Assembly (NCBI GenBank): GCA_950097015.1
Contig: CATNEN010000033.1
Coordinates: forward strand, 3,534,001-3,598,000
DNA from: Macrostomum hystrix
Lineage: Eukaryota; Animalia; Platyhelminthes
Direction of reading: 5' to 3'
DNA: 64,000 bases
Shown: positions 43,180 to 56,429 of the stretch, piece by piece
Numbering within the stretch: the first letter of the stretch is position 1
Layout: each line of letters opens with the position of its first letter
The notes under the pieces: model-generated
The model's input: only the letters and a program-made list of their open reading frames with translations
The model's database searches: none
What the model was told of the DNA's origin: nothing
Made by a program: the position numbers and the translations under genes

Positions 43180-43709
43180 CAGCGCAGTTTATCACTGGGT
43201 CCGGCTGAGAATGTGGACGATTTGAGCACTTCGCCCATCTCCTCACGACAGAAGCTGAAATTATTGATAGTCCACAGGTAGGTGAATCTAGTGACCTTCA
43301 TCTGGGTGCAGCACCAGCTCTCGGCCACGGGCGCACCCAGATCCGGCGGTGTTGAGGGACTCCCCGGCCTGGAAAACGGCACCGAAGCTGACGGTGTCGG
43401 ATCGTTATTAGTTGAATCTAGCATTGGGGCCAGCTGGCGATGGTGCTGCAACAGTTGCCGCTGCTGCTGTTGCTGCTGAATGACAGGCAGACGAGGCGGA
43501 GACAGCTCGAGTCCCAGTTCCAGCGGCGCACCGGGACTATCTATCCGAGGCAGCGGATGATGCTGAGGAACAGCTGCTGCTGGGTTAGCCAAGGCAGGCG
43601 CCGCGGCTGCGGGCGAGGATAGGAAATAATCATTGGCGCGATTGAGCTGTCGATGCGGCTGCTGCAGCCGAAGCTGCTGCTGCTGGCACGGATGCTGAAT
43701 GATGGCGGC
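43180..43709 (-). CDS. SPOP: SPOP/roadkill N-terminal exon (Q/P-rich extension + start of MATH domain)
   Basis: Encodes [53 protein letters not shown] (cf. [39 protein letters not shown]). Donor TG|gtgagt at 43180. The frame is open back to a candidate acceptor tttctctttgatag| at 43710. The first in-frame ATG is at 43424; the ORF-track start at 43592 is TTG. The 5' boundary is less certain than the 3' boundary. Confidence 0.9.
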
Positions 43710-44919
43710 CTATCAAAGAGAAACTTAATATTTCAACAAGTTCAAGTGCGCTTTTTTCAGATCTATTTAAAATTTTAATTATATTAAAATATATGCGCTT
43801 TTTAAGAGCAGAGTAAGTAGAGAGAGAGAGTAACGTAGACGCCAACCAATGGGGTAGCTGGCCAATAGTGGACAAGGTTTCACAAAAGGTCAGTTGTACA
43901 GTCAGCATGTAGTAGCTGGCTAAACTTCGCACCTGAGTTTCCGGGAAAAGGGAGAGCAGGCCGGTTAGGTCTGGTAGGGATAGGAGAGTGAGGGTGATTC
44001 AGCGTGCCCTCTCATTTCGACAAAAGTGCAAAGCGATAAATAAAAACACAATATAAGCTTTTGGACTGAACAAATTTTTTTTCTACGATTATATTAAAGT
44101 TCAAGTGGGGATCCAGATATTTGAGAACTAATGATGGGCTAATAAAAAATGGACTCACATCTGACTGGGCAGCTCATTCCTGAGCAAGCTAGACAGAACA
44201 TTCTTCTAGCTTCTCTAATTCAGGCTATCTAGTATGTGCATCATAGCACTAGGCTAGACTAGGACTCTTGTTATAATTTATGCGAGCTAGAGTGCAATTT
44301 TAAGTGCACAGGCAAGAGAGTCGACTAGTTTACTATAATGAGATTAAATTTGACAATACAATGCCTGAACAAAGTACGCCGTTCTACACTAAAAGGAATT
44401 TGCAAAGAAAAGGATGGACAAATACGCACCTGCTTGCATTCACGACATCCAATTATTTTGAATATGCATAGAAACTTGCTTTATCGAGTTTTAATTAAAT
44501 ACATTTTTTCTGCCTATACTGTAAATTAAAAATATCCCGAATTTCCACTGTCAGCTAAAAATAGCCATTAAAAATACAAGGAACACTAATCCACTAATGC
44601 TCCTCAGCCACCATCTCAACTGCTTTCAACCGCGTTCACGATTTTTTGTCTTCAATGATTTTTCGTTTCTTTCTACTCATAGTAGTAAAAACCAGTTTTA
44701 GATATTTTTCCGCATTGTAAAAACACTATTGATATAAATAATTGAATTCCAATTCCCTTCCAATTTCCAATTTCCAATTTACTCCTATAGCATGTTGAAG
44801 TTTAGCAGCAGTGCTGGTGTCTGCTGCTAAACCTTGATCACCCTAAGATGTCTTTGGTATGCTCAGTAGAGTTGAGGAATAACAAATTCGTAGGCCAAGA
44901 CAGAGCTTGCATGTACAAA

Positions 44920-45211
44920 TCATCCAACATCCGCCTGGTCATCCAACATCTGCCTGGTCATCCAACATCTGCCTGGTCATCCAACATCCGCCTGGTCATC
45001 CAACATCCGCCTGGTCATCCAACATCTGCCTGGTCATCCAACATCCGCCTGGTCATCCAACATCTGCCTGGTCATCCAACATCTGCCTGGTCATCCAACA
45101 TCTGCCTGGTCATCCAACATCTGCCTGGTCATCCAACATCTGCCTGGTCATCCAACATCCGCCTGGTCATCCAACATCTGCCTGGTCATCCAACATCTGC
45201 CTGGTCATCCA
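44920..45211. repeat. 19-bp minisatellite (TCATCCAACATCYGCCTGG), ~15 copies
   Basis: Direct inspection. Confidence 0.95.
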
Positions 45212-46385
45212 CTCGTAGCCTCTGTACCACAGCGTAGCCTAGTAGGTAGGATAGTGCCTATCAGATACAGCAAGTTAGTGAATGCCACGATGTATACAAT
45301 GCCTTTTTATCATTATATTAGCTTGCTAAGTAAACTCTTAGCTCTTTATATTCACGTCAAGCCCTTCTACAACCTTCTACAACCTGTCTGGGTGACAGAG
45401 TAAGAGGGGGACAAGGATTGATTGCAAAGTGTTTACTTGTACAATTTACAACAGTTTACAGCACTGGAGCTAAAAATTTGTATGAAGCAACTAAAACTGC
45501 AGCTGGCTTCAGTATCTGGGGTTGGATAGGGATAGGGATGTTACAGCCAAAGAGCCAAGAGGGTAGATATAGAGAATGAGTGAGCTTGGGGTTGGCTTTT
45601 GTATCTTCTTTTCTGTATTCTTTTCTTGCACCTGATCCCTTGATCTATTTTGCTATCCTTGTCTATCTGCCCTGCACCACAGTATAAAAATCACTCATAT
45701 AATACGAGTATATGTTTTAACTTGAACTAAAGCACAAAAACAACTTCAAATCTCTTATATTTTATCTGGCTTTGTCAATTTGATTTTGCTTGAAACTTCA
45801 TTATTGTAACAGGGCTTAACACTATCTTTCTCTCTTGGTAGCATATCACTCAGGCTGATCTTATTCTTTCTTTCTCTGTTAGTTCTGCGTGTATTTCCCC
45901 ATGCTTTCAGCAGGTGGCCCTGAAAAAGGCCACTTTAACTTTTTCTACTCCAAAATTCTTACTTCTGCGGTAAAGAAAAGTTGACCTTAAACATCACATA
46001 TCATCTGCTTCAATAGTGTGGCTATAAAAGAGTTTAATGAATGCCACCACTGGGAAGCTAAGCACCAAACATCACCCTATGCATCAATGCTACTGAGAGA
46101 AAGGATGCTATCGATTTGCTATCTGGCCTAGGGACTCCAGAGATAATAATTTTCTGGCCCTTGTTCAAAAACTTTTGCCTTCCTCTGAACTAGCTGATGC
46201 ACTCCTACTAGCTAGTCTATAGGTAATATCAATAGCAATGCTATATGAGCAATTCCAAACAGGCATGCTTATGCTAGTGTGTCAGAAATGGTTATCAACA
46301 CACAATATTGCTGTAGCTAGTACTCTTTTGATAAATGTTTAATAGTGTTAATTTTTTAATAATAGCTGGACCAAACAATGGTGAT

Positions 46386-46665
46386 CATACATGCGCAACA
46401 CCCGGCCGACCCGGCCGAATCGGCCGGGTGAAACGAGGGCCAAGCAAGGTAAGTCGCAAAAACCAATAGACCAAGTGCAAAAAAATCAAAGGGGGGACCA
46501 AGGGACAAAAAAGGAAGGCATGAAGAAAGGAAAAAGGGGAGAGAAAAAGAGAGCAAATGAGAGCAAACTAAGTCATAAATAGAGCAATGAAATGAAATAA
46601 GTCGCAAATGAGAGCAAAAACTAAGTCACATGGCCGGCTAAGATTTGGGAGGTTGCGCATGTATG
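46386..46665. mobile_element. hAT-type MITE, 280 bp
   Basis: Perfect 14-bp TIRs CATACATGCGCAAC / GTTGCGCATGTATG and an 8-bp TSD ATGGTGAT at 46378-46385 and 46666-46673. An 8-bp TSD is typical of hAT. Confidence 0.85.
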
Positions 46666-47687
46666 ATGGTGATGTATTTTTAAGATAACAGTGCTTATTG
46701 GCACAGTTGAGTGCAAATAGTACTAAATGGATCTATGCCAATAATGCCTACCTTATCTGCATGGCAGCTTTCAGGAATAGGCTACCAGATAATTGTCAGT
46801 TTGTATATGCTATGCAAATAGTGCCAACTTTATCCATATAGATCTGCCACTAATGTCCACCTTATCAACATAGCAGCTTGTTGAAATTGACAACTGCACA
46901 ATTTAAAGCTATATTATCTGAAAACTATTCAAGTTTTTTACTGTTGTGTTGCATTAGAAAATAATTTTTTAATCTAGGTTAATATATTTTTAACTTTGTG
47001 TTACATATTTACAGGCAAAGCAATAATATTTACCAATATACCAAAATTGACAATCTTGGCTTGAAATTATTTAGTTACAATGCCAGCTGAAATGAATAAA
47101 CTAAATGATGCAGATCTAAAATTTTGTACTAAGTGTAATTCTTACTGCCATCAGCTTAATTCTGAAGCATTTCAAATGAAAACTGTGTAATGTCAACAAT
47201 GATAAAAACAAGAGTCAAAAGGATGTAGAACTTAAATGAGGTATCACAAAAATTCTACATCATTTCAGATGGAAACTACAATATAAACAACAACGACATA
47301 GCAAGACAAAATAAAACCAAGAAGCAGAGCTATATATTCACTTCTGTGTTAAAATCCTATCTTCTTAGGAAGGATACAAAAATATTATGGTCGGGATCAT
47401 AAGACAAAACTGAAAGGGTATACAATCACTTAGACTATAAAATTGTGTTTAGGGGATCATAAGATAAATTCAAATCATAACATAATATGTAAATTTTCAT
47501 CACAGACCCAAAGACCCAAATGCAAGGCAGGATTTGCCTGGAGCAGTGCACTACCACCCACCTCACTTTTGTTTTATGTTCCCCTCCTAGAGTTCTAGGA
47601 AAAATTACTATGTTGGGGACTGTAACTTGCAAGACAAAACCAAATATATAAGTACCTTCATAGTTACTGAAATTGAAGTTGAAAATC

Positions 47688-48103
47688 CTCACTTTTGAGG
47701 AACTTCCATTGGGTAGCCCAGATAGATGGAATAATAGCATGATTTTAATGGTGCAAATTATTTCTCAATGATTTTATTGCAGATTGTATAATGAAATAAA
47801 TGATCATCACCATCACATGAACAATTGTCAGGGATTTTAAAACAAAAGAATGCCCCTGGCTCAGGCATAGAGCCAATATATTACATTATAATTTATTATT
47901 TTCTGTTATTTCAATGATAATTTCTTCCTTACCTATAGTTTTGCAGCCTATAAACATAGTAGCTATGCAGCATGAATGAAATGTATATAAATACATGCAT
48001 ATGTATTTATATAAATTTAATTAAAAATCATCTAAAATCCTTTGCACCGTTAAAATCCTGCCATTCTGTCTGGGCAATGTAATGGAAGTTCCTCAAAAGT
48101 GAG
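47688..48103. mobile_element. Degenerate MITE with ~85-bp imperfect TIRs
   Basis: CTCACTTTTGAGGAACTTCCATT (47688) and its reverse complement ending at 48103; similarity continues inward. No clear TSD. Confidence 0.6.
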
Positions 48104-49431
48104 CATATATGTATGTAGGCAGTCTCTTTTGCAAATTATTATAGGTATGATATGTATTTAAGAAAAATATTAGAAACATTAAGGTACAAAACTTTGTCAC
48201 ATTGTCCTTGATTGTTTATCGCCGATTGACTGTGTAAGTGGTAAAGTGGGTGCACGTACTACTGTATATGATTCATGAAACCGACGTGATGTTACAGATT
48301 TTCTAGAAATTAGAATGTTGAAAAGTTAATTTTTATTAGGATAATGTGACATAAGCAGTATAACAAACTTCTCTACAATACTAGAATAAAAATTTTCCCT
48401 TAAGGAATAGTGGAGACTTAAGACCAGTTTATTTTTATTTTTAGTTTTCTTAGAAAGTTAGATTCATTAATAATTGGTCTTCATTTTTTGTTTGTTTATC
48501 AAAACACAATAGCAACCAATCAGACATAAAATTAGCCATCCCATTTTTAACGAAAAAAAAATGACGTAATTCTCGTAACAGTTTCGAAAGCGACATTAAA
48601 ATTGAGTTAGTCACTATATCGGCTTTTTACTAGCTATATTATTGTGCTTGATGATAAATAAATGAAAATAAAATGAATATAAATTTTCATAAATGAAGCT
48701 TTCTAAACCTCGTTGAAGCAACATGTTTTGCAAGATATACTAAAAGAACAGCATTGGATCTGCTTCCAATAAAAAGTTATCAACATTCTAATGTGAAAAA
48801 GTGAAAAGTTTCTATCTCGCTTGAACGCTAGTGCATTTTCCAGTGGAAATCTTCCTGAAGAAACGAAGTGTCGCGTCCTTCTTCTAGTGTTCCTTGTCGC
48901 ATTTTTGAGTTGGGTGCAAAAATCAGATGCAGCAAGTCCATACATGTAATTATTTTTGCAGTGCATTCAAGCAGCACAAGCTCACACCAATCCAATCCCT
49001 TGTCCAAATGGCTCTCCGACATGAGCCAAAAGAGGCAGCCCGAGTCGCTGGACTTTTCCCCTAGAGGACAGCTCTCCTGCAGCAGCATCTTGCTGTTTTA
49101 GGTCAGGTCAGGATAGGATGTTTGAGCAGGAAGTGCAATTGTCTGACCAGAGTTTGAGAGAATTAAGAGAGATAGCTGTGACCCAAACCTTTAAAGTAAA
49201 GTGAGTTTAATATTGTAAAGAGTAAAGTAAACACAAATGCTTTCTAGCTCATTTATTTTTAATGCAATCTGTTTAGCGTGAATAAAGTTTAATAGGGAGA
49301 TACAGTATTATACGAGGGGTGCGCAAAAAGTTTTGGCAACTGGTCCATAACTTTTTAAATAAGCCTTGAAAAGCGACAATTTTTTGTAGAATAATTTTTT
49401 TTATGAATTTTTTGTACAATCATATGTAGCG

Positions 49432-50221
49432 TGTGACGTTGTCAGGTGTTGGTGGCCCAGAGGGAGGCCATTTTAACAATAACACGTTTGTTTAATTTAA
49501 GCCATTATTTTTCTCTTTTCATTACGCGCTACTATAAGTAAACGTTAGAGTACGAACGCATCTTAATATGCTTAACGCGATCGGACCCCTGCGTACAATT
49601 TATTCAATAATTTTGAGCCTGGTTGTAAGGAAAATGTGTTTTTCCGTGCCAGCCATTGAGAGGGCTGTGCATATTTTATGCCAAAATTAAGCTTCTCGCG
49701 TGCACCCACCCCCAGCCCGCTCGTTATCAGTCTAGGCTGGTTTGTCCCTGTCCCCTGCCCTCCCGGTTTTTGGAGTCGTAGCGAGGCATTCCGCCATATC
49801 TATTCCGACAATTCTCGTCTCGTATCTCATCTCTCAGAAGTATAGCAACTGCTCGATCACGCCAACGCCACAGTCCACTTCATCGTCACCCTTTCTCGCG
49901 CCTCGGTTCATTGTCCGGTATCATCGCCATTTGGATTCTCTCGCCTAGCTCTGGCAGCCTGACGACATTGATATCCTCGCCACTTCGTCATCTTGCTAAA
50001 TTTAGTTACCTTTTTGTTGCATAGCCGTCTAGTGCACTCCCAATACTGCCATTGCGGTCCGACTGATAATGAACGGAACCCCTATCAGTACCGTCATATC
50101 AATAATAAACGAGAACCTATCATCGCCGGTGTTGTAGCGCCATCGTTATACTGTGTCAAGAAAAGTGCTACCGCTACACAGCCTCGCCTTCGTTACTTTG
50201 GGCCAAGCCCGATACGTCACA
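49432..50221. mobile_element. Solo LTR (790 bp)
   Basis: Starts TGTGACG, ends CGTCACA (7-bp terminal IR, TG..CA), with a 4-bp TSD AGCG at 49428-49431 and 50222-50225 and AATAAA near 50104. Removing it restores the mariner left TIR. Confidence 0.85.
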
Positions 50222-50313
50222 AGCGTTTGTTCATAAATTTTTAGCCTAATGCACTGAACTTTTCATTCACTAGACCATATTGACTAACGTATAGTCTTGT
50301 TTTCAGCCTTAAA

Positions 50314-51348
50314 ATGGAAAATATCACCGCTGATCAGTGCAGATTTTATGTTTTCATGCGGTCACAGCTCGGTGAAAACGCTATCCAAATTCATACCGAC
50401 CTGGTTCAAGTCATAGCAGGTACCCCTTCGTACCGCACCGTCGCCCGTTGGATTGAATCAATCAGCGCTGGTCGAAGCTCCATGAACGACAGTCCTCGTT
50501 CTGGAAGGCCCATCGCATCCGTGACCGAGCAGAACATTGTGGCTGTGCGATAGCTGGTGGACACATCCTAATATCACTGTTGCCCTAATTAGCCAGACAA
50601 TCAGAATTTCTGATGGCAGTGTCCGAACCATCCTGCATGATCATCTTGGCCTTTGCAATTGGTCACGGCTCGTTGAATGCCTCGCGCACTCACTGCAGAA
50701 CAGAAGCAGGAGAGTGTTCGACGCAGCCAAGAATTTCTGCATCGCTTCGATGAAGGTGGCACTAAGCGACTCACTGATGTCGTTACTGGAGACGAGAAGT
50801 GGTTTTTCTACTTCCAAGTGCCCCACAAGAACCAAAGCAAGGTTTGGATTGGTGCTGATGAAGACCGTCCAACCGTTCTGCGCCCTGGGTTTCGCTCACG
50901 GAACCAGATGTTTTTCTCGTATTTCTCGTATTCTCGTATTTCTCGGCATCACTGGGCCAGTGGCAGTTGTTATGGTGCCGAATGGGCAGAACATCAATGC
51001 CACATTCTATACTGCAGTATAGTATACTATACATATCTCTACTATACTGCAAGGTTTTGCCTAAAGTCGTGGTTGTAGTCACAGAAAAGCAGCCAACCCG
51101 CCTCCAAAGTGGCAGAATTCACCTGCACCACGACAACGCTTCCGTTCCAGCCACACTGCGGACATGACAACGAGCTTTTTTCCGACAACAAGCTTAAGGT
51201 CATACCGCACCCACCATACAGTCCCGACGTCTCTCCCTGCGACTTCTGGGCCTTCTCAAAGCTGACCGAAAGCATGGCCGGATGCCATTTTCAGCGGTCT
51301 CAAGACCTGGCTCGCCGCAGCAATTCAGAGCTACGAGGGTTACGTTAG
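50314..51348 (+). pseudogene. Mariner (DD34D-type) transposase, disrupted
   Basis: Fragments with HTH (SYRTVARW..PRSGRP), VTGDEKWFFY, HLHHDNA and HPPYSPDVSPCDFWAF. In-frame stop at ~50551 and several frameshifts. Confidence 0.93.
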
Positions 51349-53143
51349 TCAATATGCTCTAGTAAATTAAAAGTTCAGTGCATTGGGCTAAAAATTATAA
51401 ACAAACGCAATATATGATTTTTGTTCTTGAACAAAAAATTGTCGCTTTTCAAAGTTAATCTAGAAAGTTATGGGCCAGTTGCCAAAACTTTTTGTGCACC
51501 CCTCGTATATACTCAGCGTACATGCGCATGCGGCCTGCTATGCAAAGTAGGAACAAGGGTTACAAGACGAATAGAGTTAAAGACAACCGATCTTTGACTA
51601 ATCATCTTTCTGCTCAATATATAGTTTCTCTCTCTAAGGACATTCAAAATAAGAAAGCGGCAATCAAAACGAGAATTAGGAAGGCAAAACAATCTAACGA
51701 TCAAACAGTCAAATATTTTTATTTACAGTATATGTAATCATTTTTGCACGACTCCTTTTTACCACCTCTTGGTAACGCCTGAACCCTCCCTTCCTGCGTA
51801 TATGCTCGCATAATTCTAAACGCAGTTGCAATCGGCACTTGCAGCCGTTGCAGGATGGCTGCTGAGGCTTTTAGTGTTGCCCCTGCGCTTTAACTGTCTA
51901 TTTCCCATATAAGTTTCAACGCTGAATTTCCAGTATTCTAGGAGTCGAAATGACACACACACACAGACACACAGACAAACAACACGTGAACATAAGCATA
52001 TATATATATAGAAATGCTTTAGTAGTTCAACACTCGTTATCGTATTAGCCTGGACGCTTTACCATAGACTATTTCACTTTTTCGACGGTCGGTCTTCCAC
52101 TATCTGAGCTCTCCGGTCCTGGCATCTTGTTACAAGTGGGTAGGGTTTCGGGCTGGCGCGAGAGGGTCTGCAAAATGCGTCTTTTGTTCTCCTGTTGGCT
52201 GGAGCGAACGTGTGACAGAGGGATAAGGCTGGGGTGAAGCAAGATTTTATCGATCAAGAAAAAGAGCATGTGCATGTGCAGAGGACAGAGAGAGAGGTGT
52301 AAGATGTTAAGAAGAATGTTTTGACCTAGACAAAACATTAAATTTGTTTGTCACAGACGTTTTTCGTCTTACCAGCCAATTTTGCAGACACAAAAGTTTA
52401 AGCCTACACAACAAGCCTCTTCCTTAGGGGCTCATACATGCTCCTTTGTTAGTTAAAGCTTTTGAAGCCTAGACAGTCGAAAGAGCTTTCCAATGCGGTA
52501 CGTTATCCTGATTCTGTGCTTTTATGTATATTTTATGCATCTACCTATCTTATCATAGTATTTTCGAAAAACTAAATTTAGTAAAACCGATTTACTATAA
52601 CTATAAGTGGTGACTTTTGCATTGGTCTATATGTCGCTGCTCGTACAGAGGGTGCAGGCCCTCACCGAAAATAATCGGCATAAAATTCGCGAACTGTTCC
52701 GAATTCGACACGAACTCAATTTTAGGTTAGTCAGTTTCTGATTTCGTATATCTCGAAATCGGCTGCAGACAGGATTTTCTGATTAGCAAAATAGTTTCAT
52801 AAATCCATCTTCAATTATACCTTCTCCATAATTTTTTCGGTTTTTCTGATTTTTCACCCACCTTAATTGTACTTAATTAAGTCCATCATCTTTGCAGATA
52901 AGTGAAAAGCAGTCTTCATCAAATGCGAAGACTGATATTGTATCATTTTGGAGGGGTTTTTAGAGGTATACCAATCAAGCCTGATTGTTGCACGATTCAA
53001 ATGTCTATGGCCGAAACAAACGCTAGAGGCCTGACATTCAAAGCTATATTTAGCACTGCATAACGTATAACGCAAGCAATAAAAGCAACATTAGAAGCAA
53101 CAGCAGTTAAGGCAGTATGCCTCAGTTACCTATTTCTTATGCC

Positions 53144-54507
53144 TCATGGCTTATTACTAATGTGTACGTGAAATTGGCAGTTGTAGAAAGTACCAGAAAT
53201 CGCAGAAGCAAGCGTCTGCTGCGTCTCCAAACTGCGCCCGACGACGGCTATTGGCTGCTCAGTATCAGCAGTCTGTGCACTGTTCGCTAACTGCGTATCG
53301 GCTGGTACCAGCTCGGAGTCATCAGAGCCGACCGTAGTTACACGCCGGGCTCCATCGGGCGACTCTGTAGCAGCGATTTTAGCCCCTCCGATGGAACTGA
53401 TTGTTGTCGACAGTGCAACCATCTCCCCATCGCGCTTTCTGCTGTGCCGAATGTACCTTTCCACTGAGCTCTCGCTTTTGTGTCCCGTAACTGCGCTGAT
53501 ATCCCGCAGGGAGACTCCAGCCGCATTCAACTCGGTTTGCCAATGTAACTCGAAGACAATGCCCAGTATAGGCTTTGCTTAGTTTGGCCGCTTCTGAGAT
53601 GACACGCATCAAGTTTCCGAGTGTGTTGACGCCGAGTACCTGCTTAGCGAAATACCAGGAGTCGGCTAGCCCTCGCAATCTAGGACGTAGGAACAGCAAA
53701 GAGCTTGGCACCCCTTCTCTGCTCTCTTCGATCTTCTTCAGGTAGAGATCCACACACTCATAGGGACATCTGCTTTCAAACGTTTCAACAAGCACGCTCT
53801 GCTTTCGATCTTCTGAAGTCCGCGTCTCTAAACTTCCACGGACATTTTTGGTCTCCATAGGTGCCAGTCTAAATGCACGTCGCCCATCGATTGTATATCT
53901 CTGAATGGCATCTACCGTCAGCTTACGGAACCATTCCCGACCTCGCAGTCCAAAGTGAAATGCCAACACAAAGTACATTTCCTGTTGTAATTTTACCGGT
54001 GTACTCCTGTCAAAGTAGACGCGCAATTTCTCTAGGTCTGCTTTCTCGACTGCACAAAACTGCTTCACCGAGCCACCTTCCTGGATGAACTTGGCAGCTG
54101 TAGCTTTCAGTTGTAGGTTGGCCTTCACAAAGCGTTGATCTTCAATTATGTTTAATCCACGTACGCGAAGTAAATAGCGGTACAAACCGGCGCGAGCAGT
54201 AACCAGAGAGGCAGGGGCATAGTATCCACAGTCGACCTTGCGCATAAAAGCGTAGAATATGCGCAGAGCAGTAACCAACTGTTGGATGTCGGCAGTCTCG
54301 AGATTGACCGAGTAGTTCTTGCTTGAGAGCACCTCTTGAAATTTTCGAACTGCCCATTGCTCTTGCTTCAGAACGGATTTCGGTGTGTTGTCAAACTGCA
54401 TCAGATCCATTTCATTGAGAAGAGCTTGCTCTGTATCCTCTCCGCAAAAAAAGCTCCTCCAGTGCGCCACAATCCAGCTGGGCTAGATCATCAATCATGT
54501 CCTGCAT
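53144..54507 (-). pseudogene. Crypton-like tyrosine recombinase A (family 1), two +1 homopolymer frameshifts
   Basis: Catalytic motifs HFGLRGRE (R), TKN (K), GHCLR (HxxR), TGHK (H) and ERY (Y). Removing one base at 54446-54452 and one at 53536-53538 gives one ORF, MQDMIDDL...HCLRVTLATELNAAG...TFYNCQF. Confidence 0.88.
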
Positions 54508-54599
54508 AACCCCCTCGCGTTGAATGCGCTCGCTAATCTCGGTGGCAGAAGCGCCGACAACGTCGCCCTGCGACATGTGCAGAAGACCTATTGGCACAC

Positions 54600-55010
54600 C
54601 AGTAGAAGCCTCGTAGATCCTTCAGCGCAGTGTAGCGCTCTCCATTTTTGTTCCGGGCCTCCATTACAAAATATTTCAGCTGGTAGTTCAGGTCACATTT
54701 GCTACCATCCTCCAGCTCGGCGAGAACCATAAGTGACTGGCCTCCACACGTCGACCAGATACGCTTCTTCTCGTCATGCCACTCGCGGAAGACTTGAAAG
54801 GCCCACTGCGCCTTTTTTCTTGGTGGTCGTCGGCACGGTCTCTTCAATGTGTCTGGCAATTTCATTCTCCGAAAGTTGCTCGAACCGGCCAGTGAGAGCG
54901 GCTTCATTAGGTCCAGCGTTATTCCCGGGCTCCAGGATGAAATCCAGCAGGTCCGGTGAAATCTCCATGTCCGGGGCTTCAACAATAACTACAGCAGAGA
55001 TGTCACCCAT
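54600..55010 (-). pseudogene. N-terminal fragment A' of a family-2 Crypton-like recombinase
   Basis: RFEQLSENEIARHIEETVPTTTKKK|AQWAFQVFREW...DLNYQLKYFVMEARNKNGERY aligns by eye with the N-termini of C and D. Frameshift in the A6 run at 54813-54818. Similarity stops near 54600; no catalytic domain follows. Confidence 0.75.
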
Positions 55011-55143
55011 CTTCGGTAGCAAACTCCACACAAAAGAAGTTATTTTTTTCTGATCTTACACAGCATATTCGGCTTTATAGAACTTTACGAGGGTCACTCA
55101 GAAAGTCTTTAGCCTGAACAAGAAAACAGCAACTAAAAAACCA

Positions 55144-56204
55144 TTACAACTGCTCAAAGTACTCTCCCCCCGCATTGATACAGGCTTGCATCCTGTGGAA
55201 CCAGCTGTCGAAGCACTGCCGCCAATCCTCATCCCGGAGCTCCCCGATGACGTCTTTGAACTCATTCACAGCTTCTTCCGGCGAAGAAAAAATCTGGCCC
55301 TTTAATATCTCCTTGCACTTCGGGAATAAAAAAAGTCGCACGGTGCCAGGTCTGGACTGTACGCAGGGTGAGTCATCAGCTGGACACCACAGTCGGCCAG
55401 AAACTCGAGAGTTTGAGCTGCCATGTGCGCACTGGCATTGTCGTGCTGCAGAAGCACCCCACGCATTCCGCACCTTGGGCGCCTCTGGCTCACAGCAGAA
55501 AAAACTTTGGGCAGGCAAACCGTTGTGTACCAGTCAGCGGTGACTGTCCGGCGATCTTCCAGTGAAACGGAAGCCACATGTCCAGTGCGCATGAAGAAGC
55601 AGGCCGCCATCTGCTTGCCGACACTCCGGTTGCGTCGAAACTTGGTTGGGCTGTCCTCGTCTCTGAAGGTCCACATGGATGACTGGCGCTTGTTTTCGGG
55701 GTCGTATTGATAAATCCAGGTCTCATCTCCCGTGAGGATGTCCCAGATACGCCGGCTGGTCCCAGATTCGAATTTCTGCAGCATAAATCGGCACCAAGCC
55801 ACCCGGGTGTCCCTCTGCTCGTCCGACAGCTGATGGGGGATCCACCGGGAAGCCAGCTTCCGCACTCCGAGGTGTTCGTGCAGAATGGTGTGCACACTCC
55901 CCGATCCAATGCCCATCTCCTGCTGAATCTGCTGGTAGGTCACTCGCCGGTCAGCGTCAATCATGCTGGACACATCGCAGATATTTTCTGGGATCACTGC
56001 GTCGCAGGGTCTCCCGGATCGATGCTCATCTTCGAGGCTTTCTCGACCTCGGCGAAACTCAGCGAACCAGTTTTTGACGGTTGCGTATGAAGGACACAGA
56101 TGAGCGAAAACGTCTTGTAAAGTTTGAAATGAATCGGCCGGCGACTTGCCTTGCTTGAAATGCAAGTACATCATAGCTCTGAAGTCACGATTTTCCAGCT
56201 TCAT
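55144..56204 (-). CDS. Mariner DD34D transposase, one -1 frameshift in a T7 run
   Basis: ATG at 56204 (MKLENRDF). Motifs WIPHQL, TGDETW, HDNA, YSPDLAPCDF. The C-terminus FPK...GGEYFEQL continues in another frame after 55328-55334. Confidence 0.92.
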
Positions 56205-56429
56205 TGACCAACTTCCCCACTCAGACCCAATAATCATGATTGTTCAACGGTAGACGGATGTCTATGGCCACGCCAGGCCACGCCAAACAGATTGGCCTTT
56301 TTGACTTTATTTTAGGCAAAAACGAATTGAAACGATTTGAAACAATTAGCGCAACTGAAACAGTAACGCAACTGACAGCAGCATGTGCTGCACTCCCTCT
56401 GTCCATTGTCAAAATACAGATGCAGATGC

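Larger units (their letters stand above)
49313..51505 (+). mobile_element. Mariner element with long (~160-185 bp) imperfect TIRs, interrupted by a solo LTR
   Basis: TA|CGAGGGGTGCGCAAAAAGTTTTGGCAAC ... GTTGCCAAAACTTTTTGTGCACCCCTCG|TA. The inverted match also covers 50226-50290 vs 51343-51405. Confidence 0.92.

Noticed and set aside
41653-43246. 400-500 aa ORFs on both strands
   Set aside because: Translations of the 24-bp minisatellite inside the SPOP intron.
48828-49088. Possible degenerate PHD-finger ORF1 fragment (DWCELVLLECT)
   Set aside because: Too few conserved Cys/His residues to support by eye.
51730-52015. Possible non-autonomous Helitron-like end (CA/GACA microsatellite followed by a TA run)
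   Set aside because: No clear 5' end or subterminal hairpin identified.
52070-53002. 940-bp segment between an inverted motif (52062) and the end of unit A
   Set aside because: No convincing ORF, TIRs or TSD. The partner end for the motif at 52062 was not found.
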